This document shows, piece by piece, positions 37,722 to 47,111 of a DNA stretch of 64,000 nucleotides; position 1 is the first letter of the stretch; the number at the start of each line of letters is the position of its first letter. The notes under the pieces were generated by a model that ran no database searches, had not been told where the DNA came from, and worked only from the letters and a program-made list of their open reading frames with translations. The stretch is taken from positions 46,317 through 110,316 of IMG/VR virus record IMGVR_UViG_3300035670_000068. One strand, given 5' to 3'. A program made the translations under genes and the position numbers. The stretch is from a virus.

Positions 37722-40700
37722 TCAAGTAAAAATCTCTGCTACCTGAGCGAATACCGCATCGAGCAGTCCTTGTTTCGAACCGTCGAAGGCGATTTGTGCA
37801 GGGTTGAGTCCAAAGACGATGGTGCAATCCATCTTCGGGTCATAGTGGCTCTTGCCCACCAGCTCTTCCCATCCACCTTTCACCTCCGGGACCAGGTGTC
37901 GAATCGTCTTCGTACCCAGCGCCACGATGACAGGCGGTTTAAGCAGCTCGATCTCTCGACGCAAGTATCCTGCGCAGCCGTTGATCATGGAGTTCTCAAG
38001 CTCCATTTCCTTCGGCTTGCGGGCCTTTATCAGAGAGGTCATGTAAACGTCCTTCATCTTGAAGCCATGCTTGTCCATCGCTTCTTTGATGTAGCCGGCC
38101 GTATCGCCCACGCCGAACATGCCCTTCTCTTCCTCTTTCCAGGTCGGCATGTCGGTGATCAGCATCATGCGGGGCTTCTTACCCAGCGAGGGGTTCGGGT
38201 GCGTCAGACCGCCCAGCGGGCAAGCAGAGCAAGCGCACGTCTCGTCCACGATCTTGACCAGCTCACCCGCGACATACGGGTCAACCATGATCACCCGCTC
38301 AGCCTTCACGTTGTTCGTGACGATACCCGGCAAGAGCTCCTTCTGATCACGAAGTCGATCAGGGTGCCTGGCGTCAGGCTGAGTAGGCTCGATCTCTGCG
38401 AAGGCGCCCACTTTGTCCAGGGACTCTTGGACCCTGACGTTGCAGGATCGTCTGTTCACCCGCGCAATGAAGTCAGCCTTGTCTTTGAACGGGCCGCCCT
38501 TTCTCGCCTCCAGGATCGCCTGCGCGCCTGTTTCGGATAGACCCTTGATCGCTTGGAACGGCGCGTACAGCACCTTCTGCCCGCGACGGTGGTCATAGCC
38601 AATCTCGTAGCGGTCGGAAGACTTGTTGATGCTCGGCGGCACGATGTTGATTTCGTGCTCCAGGGCGTCTTTAGCCAGGCCCTGCAGGCGGTCTTCTGCC
38701 AGGATGCTCATGCAAGCGGCGAAGAAAGCCTCCGGGTGGTAGGTCTTCACCCACATCGTAATGTAGGAGATCAGGGTGTAAGCGGTTGCGTGCGACTTGT
38801 TGAAGGCGTAGCCGGCGAACTTCTCGATCTGCTCGAACAGGTTGGTGGCCACCAGGCGGTCCAGGCCCGAGACAGATTCACAGCCATCGACGAACTTGTC
38901 GCGCTGCTCGGCCATCTTGATCGGGTCTTTCTTACCCATGATCTTGCGCAGCCCGTCCGCTTCGGCCATCGAGTAGCCTGCCAGGTCTCGGGCCACCTGC
39001 ATCACCTGCTCCTGGTACACGATGACCGAGTAGGTTTCGCGAAGTGCAGGCTCTACGCTCGGGTGGATGTACTCGGGCGACTCGAAGCCTCGCTTGATCT
39101 TGACGTACTGATCCATCAGACCGGATTGCATCGGGCCTGGTCGATAGAGCGCTGTGGCAGCTGTTAGGTCGTCGAAGGTCAAGTTGCCCTCGCTGCCCAG
39201 GTCTTTCAGCAGCCGTCGCATACCGCCCGACTCGAACTGGAATACACCGAACGTCTTGCCGGCTGCGAACGAGTCGAGAACCTTTCTGTCATCCAGGCGC
39301 AGCGTCGTGAAGTCGACCTCGACCCCCGTCTGTTCCTTGATGTAGCTCTTGGCCAGGCGCATCACGTCCAGGTTGGAAAGACCCAGCACGTCGAGCTTGA
39401 TCAGACCGAAGTCCTCGACCACGCGCTTGTCCCAATTCACGACGTTCATGCCTTTGTCGTTCTTGAGGACGGCTCGATTCGCTACCGGCTCGCCGGCGAC
39501 GATCACGCCCGCTGCGTGCTGAGCGAAGTTACGGAAGCAGCCCTGCAGACCGACAGCCGTTTTCCAGACGGTCGGGTTGGCAATGGCGAAGCTCTCCAGC
39601 TCGGGCACCATCGCGACCGCTTCTTCAATCGGGATCGGCTGACCCGCTTCTTTCGGGACCAGCTTGGAGCAGTCGTAGTCGGACTCGCTCAGACCGTGCG
39701 CCTTGCCAGTCTCGCGAATCGCGCCCGCGCCCGCGATGGTGTTGTAGTTGGCGATACAGGCTACCCGGTCCTCACCGAAGTGCTCGACCAGGTGCTCAAC
39801 CACGTCCTGACGGCGGCTCGACATAAAGTCGAGGTCGATATCGGGAAGGTCGATACGCTCCGGGTTCAGGAAGCGCTCGAAGATCAGGCCGAAACGGATC
39901 GGGTCCACGTCAGTGATGCCCATCAGGTAGGCGACAAGCGAACCGCCGACAGAGCCCCGACCTGGACCTACTGTGATCTCGTTGCTCTTCGACCAGTCCA
40001 CGATGTAGCTCACCAGGAGGAAGTAGTCCTCAAAGCCCATGCGGTTCAGAACGCCCAGCTCGTACTTGAGGCGATCTCGATAGACCGGAATCTGCGATGC
40101 GTCAGGCTTGTAGCCAAACACCTCTTTCGTCAGGCGCTTCGACCAGCCCTTTCTGCACTGCTCAACCAGGGCAGCCAGCGGATTCGGGGCCATTTGCGGT
40201 AGGCTGACGGGCATCTTGTCCCACTTGTAGGTGGTGCAGATGAAATACTGGTCGGTGGCGTCTTCTGCGCGATCAAAGACCACTTTCAGATCGGACTCGG
40301 CGTAACCGAACTTGGTCAGGCGCTCGATGGTCTGGTTGATCTCGTAGCGCATTTCACCCGGCGTCAGAACGTGCAGGTCTTCTGCTGGCTCACGGCGGAA
40401 GGTGTCAGTGACCTTCTGGTGATCCAGGATGCAGTTCATCGTGTTGCGGAAAGCCACCTCGCCTTTGCTGTTCAGCGTGGGCCTGGTGATGATCGATCCA
40501 AAGCCCCAGCGGCCAATCGCCTCGCAGGCCTTTGCGTTGTGTCTGTCGTAGTACAGCGAGTTCACGGGAACGAGCTCTACGCACGCGGCAACGTCGCTAC
40601 AAGCGTCGGCAATCTTCTTGCACTTGTCGTATGCGTCTTTCATGGAGAACACGCTGTACGCACTTCCCAGCGTCATCCCGATGTTGCCCCGCTTGAAGAC

Positions 40701-41096
40701 CTCAAGCACCTCGTCGAGCGAGAGCTGGGGTCGCGCCGGCTTCTTGCAGCGATGATCCTCTCTGTTCGCCAGGGTCAGCAGACCGATAATGTCCTTGAAG
40801 CCTTCTTCGTTGTTCGCCATCAGGGTTGGCATGAAGAACGGGTTCGGTGCTTTGCGCGGCTCACCACGCTTCGCTGCCACCCAATTCAGATCGTCCACGA
40901 CATACACCTGGACGGCCAGGCCGATATCGACACCATCAGCCTTCTGACTCAGGATCGGCATCGCGTCGATACTGTGAACGTCACTGACAACCAGGCCTTC
41001 CCAGCCCGCTTTCGCTACGTCCTTGACCAGATGCTCGGGATTGCAGATCGACTCCCCGAGCGAGAAGTGCGTCTTGGCTCCGATCAGAACCTTCAT
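37722..41096 (-). CDS. dnaE: DNA polymerase III alpha (DnaE) with C-terminal uracil-DNA-glycosylase-like domain
   Basis: PHP domain, GPGRGSVGGSLVAY, FERFLNPER, PDIDLDF, KLDVLGL, YAFNKSHA; C-terminal CSACPL...EIELLKPPVIVALG. Confidence 0.95.
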   Translation of the reverse strand: MKVLIGAKTHFSLGESICNPEHLVKDVAKAGWEGLVVSDVHSIDAMPILSQKADGVDIGLAVQVYVVDDLNWVAAKRGEPRKAPNPFFMPTLMANNEEGFKDIIGLLTLANREDHRCKKPARPQLSLDEVLEVFKRGNIGMTLGSAYSVFSMKDAYDKCKKIADACSDVAACVELVPVNSLYYDRHNAKACEAIGRWGFGSIITRPTLNSKGEVAFRNTMNCILDHQKVTDTFRREPAEDLHVLTPGEMRYEINQTIERLTKFGYAESDLKVVFDRAEDATDQYFICTTYKWDKMPVSLPQMAPNPLAALVEQCRKGWSKRLTKEVFGYKPDASQIPVYRDRLKYELGVLNRMGFEDYFLLVSYIVDWSKSNEITVGPGRGSVGGSLVAYLMGITDVDPIRFGLIFERFLNPERIDLPDIDLDFMSSRRQDVVEHLVEHFGEDRVACIANYNTIAGAGAIRETGKAHGLSESDYDCSKLVPKEAGQPIPIEEAVAMVPELESFAIANPTVWKTAVGLQGCFRNFAQHAAGVIVAGEPVANRAVLKNDKGMNVVNWDKRVVEDFGLIKLDVLGLSNLDVMRLAKSYIKEQTGVEVDFTTLRLDDRKVLDSFAAGKTFGVFQFESGGMRRLLKDLGSEGNLTFDDLTAATALYRPGPMQSGLMDQYVKIKRGFESPEYIHPSVEPALRETYSVIVYQEQVMQVARDLAGYSMAEADGLRKIMGKKDPIKMAEQRDKFVDGCESVSGLDRLVATNLFEQIEKFAGYAFNKSHATAYTLISYITMWVKTYHPEAFFAACMSILAEDRLQGLAKDALEHEINIVPPSINKSSDRYEIGYDHRRGQKVLYAPFQAIKGLSETGAQAILEARKGGPFKDKADFIARVNRRSCNVRVQESLDKVGAFAEIEPTQPDARHPDRLRDQKELLPGIVTNNVKAERVIMVDPYVAGELVKIVDETCACSACPLGGLTHPNPSLGKKPRMMLITDMPTWKEEEKGMFGVGDTAGYIKEAMDKHGFKMKDVYMTSLIKARKPKEMELENSMINGCAGYLRREIELLKPPVIVALGTKTIRHLVPEVKGGWEELVGKSHYDPKMDCTIVFGLNPAQIAFDGSKQGLLDAVFAQVAEIFT

Positions 41097-41668
41097 TGAT
41101 TGCCCCTTACTACAAAGCAGCCATCTTGCTCCAGGATGATCCCGAGCTTCTGAACTGCCGCGATAACAATCGACGCCTGGGAAGACGCCGTTCCGTTGGT
41201 GTAATCGAACGCTCGCTTCAAAGCCTCGATGAAGGCCTGGCGAGTCGTTGGGCCGGCGATCAGCAGATCGAACAGAACCTCGACAGTCGCTGGCTTTTGA
41301 CCGCGCATCGAGTTCACACCGGCGAGCAGACTCTTACGATGGTTGACCCCCACCTGGATCATCGCTCGCGCTGTGCGGGCCGCATGATTCGGCAGGCTGG
41401 AGATCAGGGCCTCGACTGCTTCTGGCAGTTTTGGCTTGTTGCTGGCGGCTTGTTGAGCCTTCTCTTCACGCTTTGCGGCCTTTCTCTTGACCGCCTCTTC
41501 TTGCATGAGCTTTACCAAGCTGTCAGTTCCGACAATCTGCGACAGCTGGGCAATGGATTCTTTGGCGGCTTCTCCGCACGCCTCTTTGTAGCTGCAGGTT
41601 TGGCAAACCTGGGAGCGCACGTTGTAGGTCACTGCAAAACCGAAACAACCTGGCTTTTCAAACTGCAT
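41093..41668 (-). CDS. Cys-cluster / winged-helix protein
   Basis: PGCFG...CQTCSYKEAC; GTASSQ. Confidence 0.65.
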   Translation of the reverse strand: MQFEKPGCFGFAVTYNVRSQVCQTCSYKEACGEAAKESIAQLSQIVGTDSLVKLMQEEAVKRKAAKREEKAQQAASNKPKLPEAVEALISSLPNHAARTARAMIQVGVNHRKSLLAGVNSMRGQKPATVEVLFDLLIAGPTTRQAFIEALKRAFDYTNGTASSQASIVIAAVQKLGIILEQDGCFVVRGNQ

Positions 41669-42266
41669 GGTCAAGCTCCAGGCGCTTAACCTCTTCCTTC
41701 GCCCTGGACAACTCGCTGCTGCTAACACCAATCGCTGCCATCAGAGAGGCTACGAAGTTCAGGTTCAGCTCTGGCGGGTAGCGCTCGTCGATACCCAAGC
41801 TGCTTGCCATCTTTCGCTTTGCCTCAACTGCTGCGAACTGGTCTTTGATCTCCTTCGGCGGGTTCAGCAGAAGCTCTGCCATCAACTTCGCTACCGGAGA
41901 CAGCGCGTTCATTGCCTCTTCAACTCGCTTCCCGGCTTGGAACTCAAGCTCAGGGTTTTGGCTCTCGTCTTCCACGAAATCCAGAACCGAAAGGTCGTCA
42001 TCGATCTCCAGGCTCTGCGTGCGTTCATCGATCATTCGACCAAGCATGTTGTGGAAGTGGTGGTTCGCTGCGACGTTGAAGTAGGTGGAAAAGGCCCAGC
42101 CCTTTGTTGGATCGAACTTCTTGAATGCGTAGATGAAAACCATGAAGCCCTCTTGAACCAGGTCGTTGTAGTCCATCGACACACCAGCCTTCTCAAAACT
42201 CTTCGCCCACTTTCGTGCAACGTAGTGGACAAGCGCTTGATGGTTCAGAGGGTTCATGGGCAGCAT
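41658..42266 (-). CDS. Sigma-70 region-2-like transcription factor
   Basis: DLVQEG...AFKKFDPTKGWAFSTY. Confidence 0.78.
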   Translation of the reverse strand: MLPMNPLNHQALVHYVARKWAKSFEKAGVSMDYNDLVQEGFMVFIYAFKKFDPTKGWAFSTYFNVAANHHFHNMLGRMIDERTQSLEIDDDLSVLDFVEDESQNPELEFQAGKRVEEAMNALSPVAKLMAELLLNPPKEIKDQFAAVEAKRKMASSLGIDERYPPELNLNFVASLMAAIGVSSSELSRAKEEVKRLELDHAV

Positions 42267-42295
42267 CCTTGCTATTTCACCGATTAGTTAGAGCA

Positions 42296-43513
42296 TCAGC
42301 CGAAGATACGCTTCGCGATACCCAGCGCTGCTTCACGCTCTGCATCCGGCAGGCGGTTGGCGTAGGCGTACTGCACGCCCTCAACGAAGTCACCCTTCAT
42401 CATGCCGACGCGAGCCATGTTGATCGCTACACGCGGGCCGATGGTCAGAGACACTTGGTTCGGGAACGCCTTCACGCGAATCTCGTCAGCGAACTGGCGA
42501 ATCTTCTTGGCGTCGTCAGCGTGCAGACCAGTGGCTGCGCTGATCATCGCGACTTCCTGCTTCTCTGGCGGATAGTCCACCTTCGCTACCAGGCCGAAGC
42601 GCTCGATGGTCGCAGCGTCTTGCACCAGGGTCGCTTGATACAGGCCGGTCTGGTCGCCAGTACCGTTGGTGTTGCCGGTTGCAGCGAAGCAGAACAGCGG
42701 GTGCGGCTTGATCATGCGCAGATGGGCCGGAGCGTTCTTGATGATCAGCGGCTCACCTTCGAGGATCGCTTGATAGGCCGACAGGACGGTCGGGCTGGAG
42801 CGGTCCATTTCGTCAGCCAGGTAGAGCCAGCCGTTCATCATTGCCAGCGGCAGCGGGCCAAGCTCGAACTCGGTGACGCTGATCGCATTGCCGTTCACGT
42901 CGATGTGCTTCTTGACCACCCACTGACCGACGATGTGGCTTTCTTCGGTATCGACAGTGTGCTGGAAGCGGAACAGACGACGGTTGGTGCCTGCGCAGAT
43001 TTGCTTGAACACAGAGGACTTGCCGACGCCCGAGTGACCGTACAGGAAGATCGGCGAGCGCAGCTCAAGGCCCATCATGATGGTCTTGGTGAGTTCCGGG
43101 TTCAGGATGTAGTTCTCGTTCCACTCCGGGACCAGGTAGTCGTGCTCGTCGGAGCGGTTGTCGCGGCTGATCGGGATCGGGTTGCCGGTCTTGGTGAAGG
43201 CCGACTTGGTGGATTTCGGGAAGCGGAAGGCTTCGTGGAAGAACACCTTCTCGATATCAGCGTGACCGCTTGCAGCCGGCTTGGCAGCAGGTGCAGCTTC
43301 TTCACCGCTAGCAGCCTTCTCTTTCTCTGCGCGCTTTTCGCGGGCGATGCGCTCAGCGGTTTCGCTCAGCAGCGTGGCTTCCGGGAAGCGCTCGCGATAC
43401 TCAGCCAGGGTGCAGGTTTCGCTCGCACCGTCGCCGTGTGCGGACTTGAGGTGGGTTGGGATGCTGTGTACTTCTTCGCCACAGATTTGGCACTTGATCT
43501 TATCGGTAGACAT
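42296..43513 (-). CDS. CobS/MoxR-like AAA+ ATPase with N-terminal C2H2 Zn finger
   Basis: CQIC...HLKSAH; GHSGVGKS; ADEMD; ATGNTNG.GD; DAATIERF. Confidence 0.88.
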   Translation of the reverse strand: MSTDKIKCQICGEEVHSIPTHLKSAHGDGASETCTLAEYRERFPEATLLSETAERIAREKRAEKEKAASGEEAAPAAKPAASGHADIEKVFFHEAFRFPKSTKSAFTKTGNPIPISRDNRSDEHDYLVPEWNENYILNPELTKTIMMGLELRSPIFLYGHSGVGKSSVFKQICAGTNRRLFRFQHTVDTEESHIVGQWVVKKHIDVNGNAISVTEFELGPLPLAMMNGWLYLADEMDRSSPTVLSAYQAILEGEPLIIKNAPAHLRMIKPHPLFCFAATGNTNGTGDQTGLYQATLVQDAATIERFGLVAKVDYPPEKQEVAMISAATGLHADDAKKIRQFADEIRVKAFPNQVSLTIGPRVAINMARVGMMKGDFVEGVQYAYANRLPDAEREAALGIAKRIFG

Positions 43514-43607
43514 TTCGGTGAAGCTCCTTGATTGCGTTTAAAAGTCACTAATTAGTTAGTGATGCTGCGCATGATAAGCACAGCATCACGGGAAAACAAC
43601 ACTGTTT

Positions 43608-45755
43608 TCAGGCGGACATGAGGGCATCGCGCAGCTGATTCAGGACGATGCCTGGCAGCTCTTCCACGTTGTCCAGCTTGACGTTCTTGCGGTAGAAGTG
43701 GGACACCGAGTCGGAGCAGATGCCGATGCCGACGATGTTGGTGCCTTCCTTCTCGATGCGGGCGACGGTCTGCTTCAAGTGGTTGTTCAGCTTGGAGCTC
43801 GACACGCTCGCAGCCGGCATACCATCGGAGAAGACGATCATCATCTTGCCTTTCGGCTTGCCCTTGTTCGCGGCTTTGCACAGCCGTTCGTAGGCGTACT
43901 GCACAGACTCGCCATCGACGTTGTTCTGGAGCGCACCGCGAATGTGGTAGTACGAGGCCATCCGCTTCTTCTGCTCAATGCCGAAGCGTTCGTCGAAGGA
44001 CTTGAACACTGGCATACGGATGGGCTCGGTTCGATCCCAGCTGCGACCGTGACTCCACTCGTCGCTCAGCTCCCGATACAGCTTGCGGCCTTCGTCGCTG
44101 TCGTAGTCGCCAGTAGTGAAGCCGATCACTTCGTTCGCCACGCCCAAGCGAGTCAGAACCTCGCTCACTACCCAGGCCGCGCACATGGCGGTGAAAATCT
44201 TCCGCCCTCTCATGGAGCCAGAGCAGTCAACCACCAGGGAGACGGCAACGTCTCGGGTGCGGTGCTCGATCTTCTTCTTGAAAATCTTGTCGTCACCGGC
44301 AGTCAGGCGATAGAGGTTGTTCGCGGACATTTTCCCCTTGTTCTGACCCTGCTGCCAAAGCGACTTGTTGCGCGCAGTGAAGGCACGCTCCAGCTGACGT
44401 GCGACCGGGCCAACCATACCGTCGATAGCCTTCTCGATCTCGGTCATCCAGGCAGGGCTGTAGCTGCTAGGGATTTTCGGGGGCTCGATCTGGTCCCACT
44501 CGCGGGTAAAGATCGTGTAGGTCTCGTTCTCCATTTCGGAGGTACACAGCTCAGTGACGTGCTGGGCGAACTCGGTGCCCATATCCTGAACCTTGTTCCA
44601 GTCGAACTCGGCCAGCATCGAGGCGCCGCCTCGCTCGGACTGGATGACCTCTTCGTCTTCTTCCATGTCCTTGCGCTCGGACTGGTCGGAGTGACCGTCA
44701 GCGCCTTCTTCGAGCTTGTGCGGCTCGTCGTCGGACTCTTCATCGTCAGACTTGCCTTCGGCTTCTTCACCTTCGTCTTCCGACTCTTCGCCCTCTTCCT
44801 CGCCTTCCTCGCGCTCTTCGGGGGCCTCTTCGCCCTCTCCTTCCTCACCGGAAGAGCCTTCTTCGTCGCGCTCTTCCTCTTCACCAGAGCCACTGCCAGA
44901 GCCCTTACCGCCCGAGCTCGAACCTTCCTCTTCTTCGTCAGATTCGCCCGAGCCACCGCCCTCCCCTTCTTCGCTACCAGCGGGAGACTTGTTCTTGCGA
45001 CCGCTGGAACGCCCGCCAGCAGCTTTCATTCCGCCCTTGCCCTTGCCGCTCTTCGACTTGTTCTCGTCGCCGAACGGGTTGTGACCGTCGCCCTCCAGGG
45101 GCTCGCCTTCTACGACGTTGCGAATCTGCTTCGCCATTTCGTAGGCATCTTCGGGCTTGGTCATGCTGCCAATCTTGGAAGCAATCGGGTCGAGCTCCTT
45201 CTGGATGCCGGCGATCAGCGACCACTTGTCGCTCATGTAGTCCTTGAAGAACTCTTGACCGCCCCAGGCGCGCAGAGCGGGAATCGCGAGCACCTGGAAC
45301 AGCTGCTGCTCACTGGCGCCGTTCGCGAGCGCTTCTTTCAGCTTGGGCTCGATGAACTTGTCCACGAAGGCCTGGTGCATGTGGTTCAGGTTCTGACGCG
45401 AACCCGGAAACGCCTTCGTCATGCTCTTTTCACAGAACAGCGATTCGATGGGCTTGTAGATGCCTTCCAGCTTCTCGTACTTGGAGCGCAGAGCAGAGCG
45501 CGGGTCTGCGTATAGAACTTTGGCGATCTCGCCATCCAGGAAGCCCTGAACGGCATCGATCAGCTCGTCGGAGGCGTCGTCCGGGATCATCGGGAGATTG
45601 ACTCGCGACGGCTTCATGGTGTGCTCGTCGTACTTGACGAAGGCCTGAACACCGGCCTGAGTCACAGAAACTTTGTCGTCGGTCAGGATTTTCGCGATCT
45701 TGGTGATCGATTCGCGAATCACCTGGATGCGCTTGGCTTTGGCGCTGCTGCTCAT
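43608..45755 (-). CDS. CobT-like protein with acidic linker and C-terminal vWA (MIDAS) domain
   Basis: VDCSGSM MIDAS, NVDGES, FSDGMP, VGIGI; long E/G/S-rich linker. Confidence 0.88.
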   Translation of the reverse strand: MSSSAKAKRIQVIRESITKIAKILTDDKVSVTQAGVQAFVKYDEHTMKPSRVNLPMIPDDASDELIDAVQGFLDGEIAKVLYADPRSALRSKYEKLEGIYKPIESLFCEKSMTKAFPGSRQNLNHMHQAFVDKFIEPKLKEALANGASEQQLFQVLAIPALRAWGGQEFFKDYMSDKWSLIAGIQKELDPIASKIGSMTKPEDAYEMAKQIRNVVEGEPLEGDGHNPFGDENKSKSGKGKGGMKAAGGRSSGRKNKSPAGSEEGEGGGSGESDEEEEGSSSGGKGSGSGSGEEEERDEEGSSGEEGEGEEAPEEREEGEEEGEESEDEGEEAEGKSDDEESDDEPHKLEEGADGHSDQSERKDMEEDEEVIQSERGGASMLAEFDWNKVQDMGTEFAQHVTELCTSEMENETYTIFTREWDQIEPPKIPSSYSPAWMTEIEKAIDGMVGPVARQLERAFTARNKSLWQQGQNKGKMSANNLYRLTAGDDKIFKKKIEHRTRDVAVSLVVDCSGSMRGRKIFTAMCAAWVVSEVLTRLGVANEVIGFTTGDYDSDEGRKLYRELSDEWSHGRSWDRTEPIRMPVFKSFDERFGIEQKKRMASYYHIRGALQNNVDGESVQYAYERLCKAANKGKPKGKMMIVFSDGMPAASVSSSKLNNHLKQTVARIEKEGTNIVGIGICSDSVSHFYRKNVKLDNVEELPGIVLNQLRDALMSA

Positions 45756-45822
45756 GCTTGAGACTCCTGGTTGTGTTTAATCGCCTAGTAACTAAGCGCT
45801 TCGTTAGTATGATGCAGAAATA

Positions 45823-45847
45823 GAAACGGGAGCGCAATGCTCCCGTT
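45823..45847 (-). terminator. Rho-independent terminator
   Basis: AACGGGAGC-GCAAT-GCTCCCGTT. Confidence 0.6.
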
Positions 45848-45864
45848 AGGCCAACCGCTAATGC

Positions 45865-46050
45865 CTATAAGGCGATGACAGCTGCGCCAGAGTCAGCGTC
45901 CAGCTCGTTCAGAACCACCAGGCTGGCGTTTCCTTCGTCACCGCTCGTCTTGAAGATGGTGAGTCCACCAAGATGAAACTCGCCAGCAGCATTCTCCAAG
46001 AGATCAAGGGCGTCCTCGTAGGACACCTTGTTTACGCACAAGCTCATCAC
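45865..46050 (-). CDS. Small hypothetical protein, divergent from the repressor
   Basis: 61-aa ORF with GGAG RBS. Confidence 0.55.
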   Translation of the reverse strand: MMSLCVNKVSYEDALDLLENAAGEFHLGGLTIFKTSGDEGNASLVVLNELDADSGAAVIAL

Positions 46051-46340
46051 TTCTCCATAGCCCTTCTATGGGGCTTCCAGTTTCAGCTGATTGCTTCGAT
46101 GTGAAGCGCTACGCATTTTGACAGATCGCCCAGCAAGTAACTAGATGGTTAGTTGCTGGGGATAGCGAAATCCATAACGAACCCCCTATCTGTGTGAAGA
46201 ATGGTAGCAATGAGCCAGCGGGCGATTCAAGCGGTGACACCTGTAACAAATGTGAAATTTTTGGTCCGATATCGGGTTGACAGGCGACGAATGACCTTGA
46301 TTTTTCTGATTTTTTCCATTTTTAGGCTTTGGAACCTGTG

Positions 46341-46393
46341 ATTCATTGATTAGTTAGTCACCACGCTATATCTTTACTAAGCCCTTAGTTAGA
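46341..46393. promoter_or_regulatory. Two 18-bp operators upstream of the repressor gene
   Basis: ATTCATTGATTAGTTAGT (46341) and ACTAAGCCCTTAGTTAGA (46376). Confidence 0.65.
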
Positions 46394-46457
46394 CCCTACA
46401 GGGCTCACAATAATAGAAAGCACTAAGCTGAACCAGAAAACTTGTGGAGAAAATGCG

Positions 46458-46994
46458 ATGACCAACACCAGACAAGCCCGAGTAGTCTTCAAAAGCGAGA
46501 CTGCAGACCTGGTACGCCAGATGATCGATGCTCAGGTTCGCAAGAACCAGGACGAGATCGCGAAGGAAACCGGGTTCGAGCGCTCGAACGTACTGACCAT
46601 GATCAAGCAGGGCCGTACCAAGATGCCGCTCGACAAGATCGAGGCTTTCGCAAAAGCGTGTGGTCAGAAGCCCGACAAATTGTTTCGTACCGCCATGCGT
46701 GAATACAACCCGGTCGTGGCCAGACTGATAGGCACCATCTACAAAACCCCGATGTTCGAAGGCGCCGAAGATATCGTGCAGACCTTCAACGAAGCCCTGA
46801 CCGAAGCCCTGACCGAAGCCAAGCGCGAGCACCGCGATGCAGCTGCAAGCCCGAGCGATGCGGCTCAAGTGCTCCGACTGAACGCCTCCCTGGATATCTC
46901 GGGTAGCAAGAAGGCGGACCTAAAACGGTTCGTAAAAACCAATTTGGTGAAGGTGATGGCAGGCGATGAAGAGGTTGCTAAGTTCACTTCCTGA
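46458..46994 (+). CDS. XRE-family HTH repressor
   Basis: KNQDEIAKETGFERSNVLTMIKQGRTKMPLDKIEAFAKAC; divergent from the lytic operons. Confidence 0.85.
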   Translation: MTNTRQARVVFKSETADLVRQMIDAQVRKNQDEIAKETGFERSNVLTMIKQGRTKMPLDKIEAFAKACGQKPDKLFRTAMREYNPVVARLIGTIYKTPMFEGAEDIVQTFNEALTEALTEAKREHRDAAASPSDAAQVLRLNASLDISGSKKADLKRFVKTNLVKVMAGDEEVAKFTS

Positions 46995-47010
46995 TACCAA
47001 ACCAGGACCG

Positions 47011-47042
47011 AAAGCCCGCTTCTAAACAGAGCGGGCTTTTTT
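47011..47042 (+). terminator. Rho-independent terminator after the repressor
   Basis: AAAGCCCGCT...AGCGGGCTTTTTT. Confidence 0.8.
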
Positions 47043-47111
47043 ATGCGCGCCTGTCAGACTTGCGCGTAGCTGCGATTTCTACCAGAATCGTGAAAACGGC
47101 AGCTACGCCGT

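Noticed and set aside
24561-41096. Inteins or introns in nrdA, recA or dnaE
   Set aside because: Lengths and motif spacing are continuous; no intein C1/HN-C signatures or frame breaks seen.
5136-43513. C-termini EEMFGL (antitoxin) and KRIFG (CobS-like) as members of the tag family
   Set aside because: They lack Gly at position -4, so they were not counted.
42296-45755. Cobalamin biosynthesis (cobaltochelatase) function
   Set aside because: No cobN or other cob genes in the window; phage CobS/CobT-like pairs are better read as generic AAA+/vWA systems.
46790-46820. Tandem 12-bp repeat CGAAGCCCTGAC in the repressor gene
   Set aside because: Short in-frame duplication encoding EALT-EALT-EA; no evidence of regulatory or phase-variable function.
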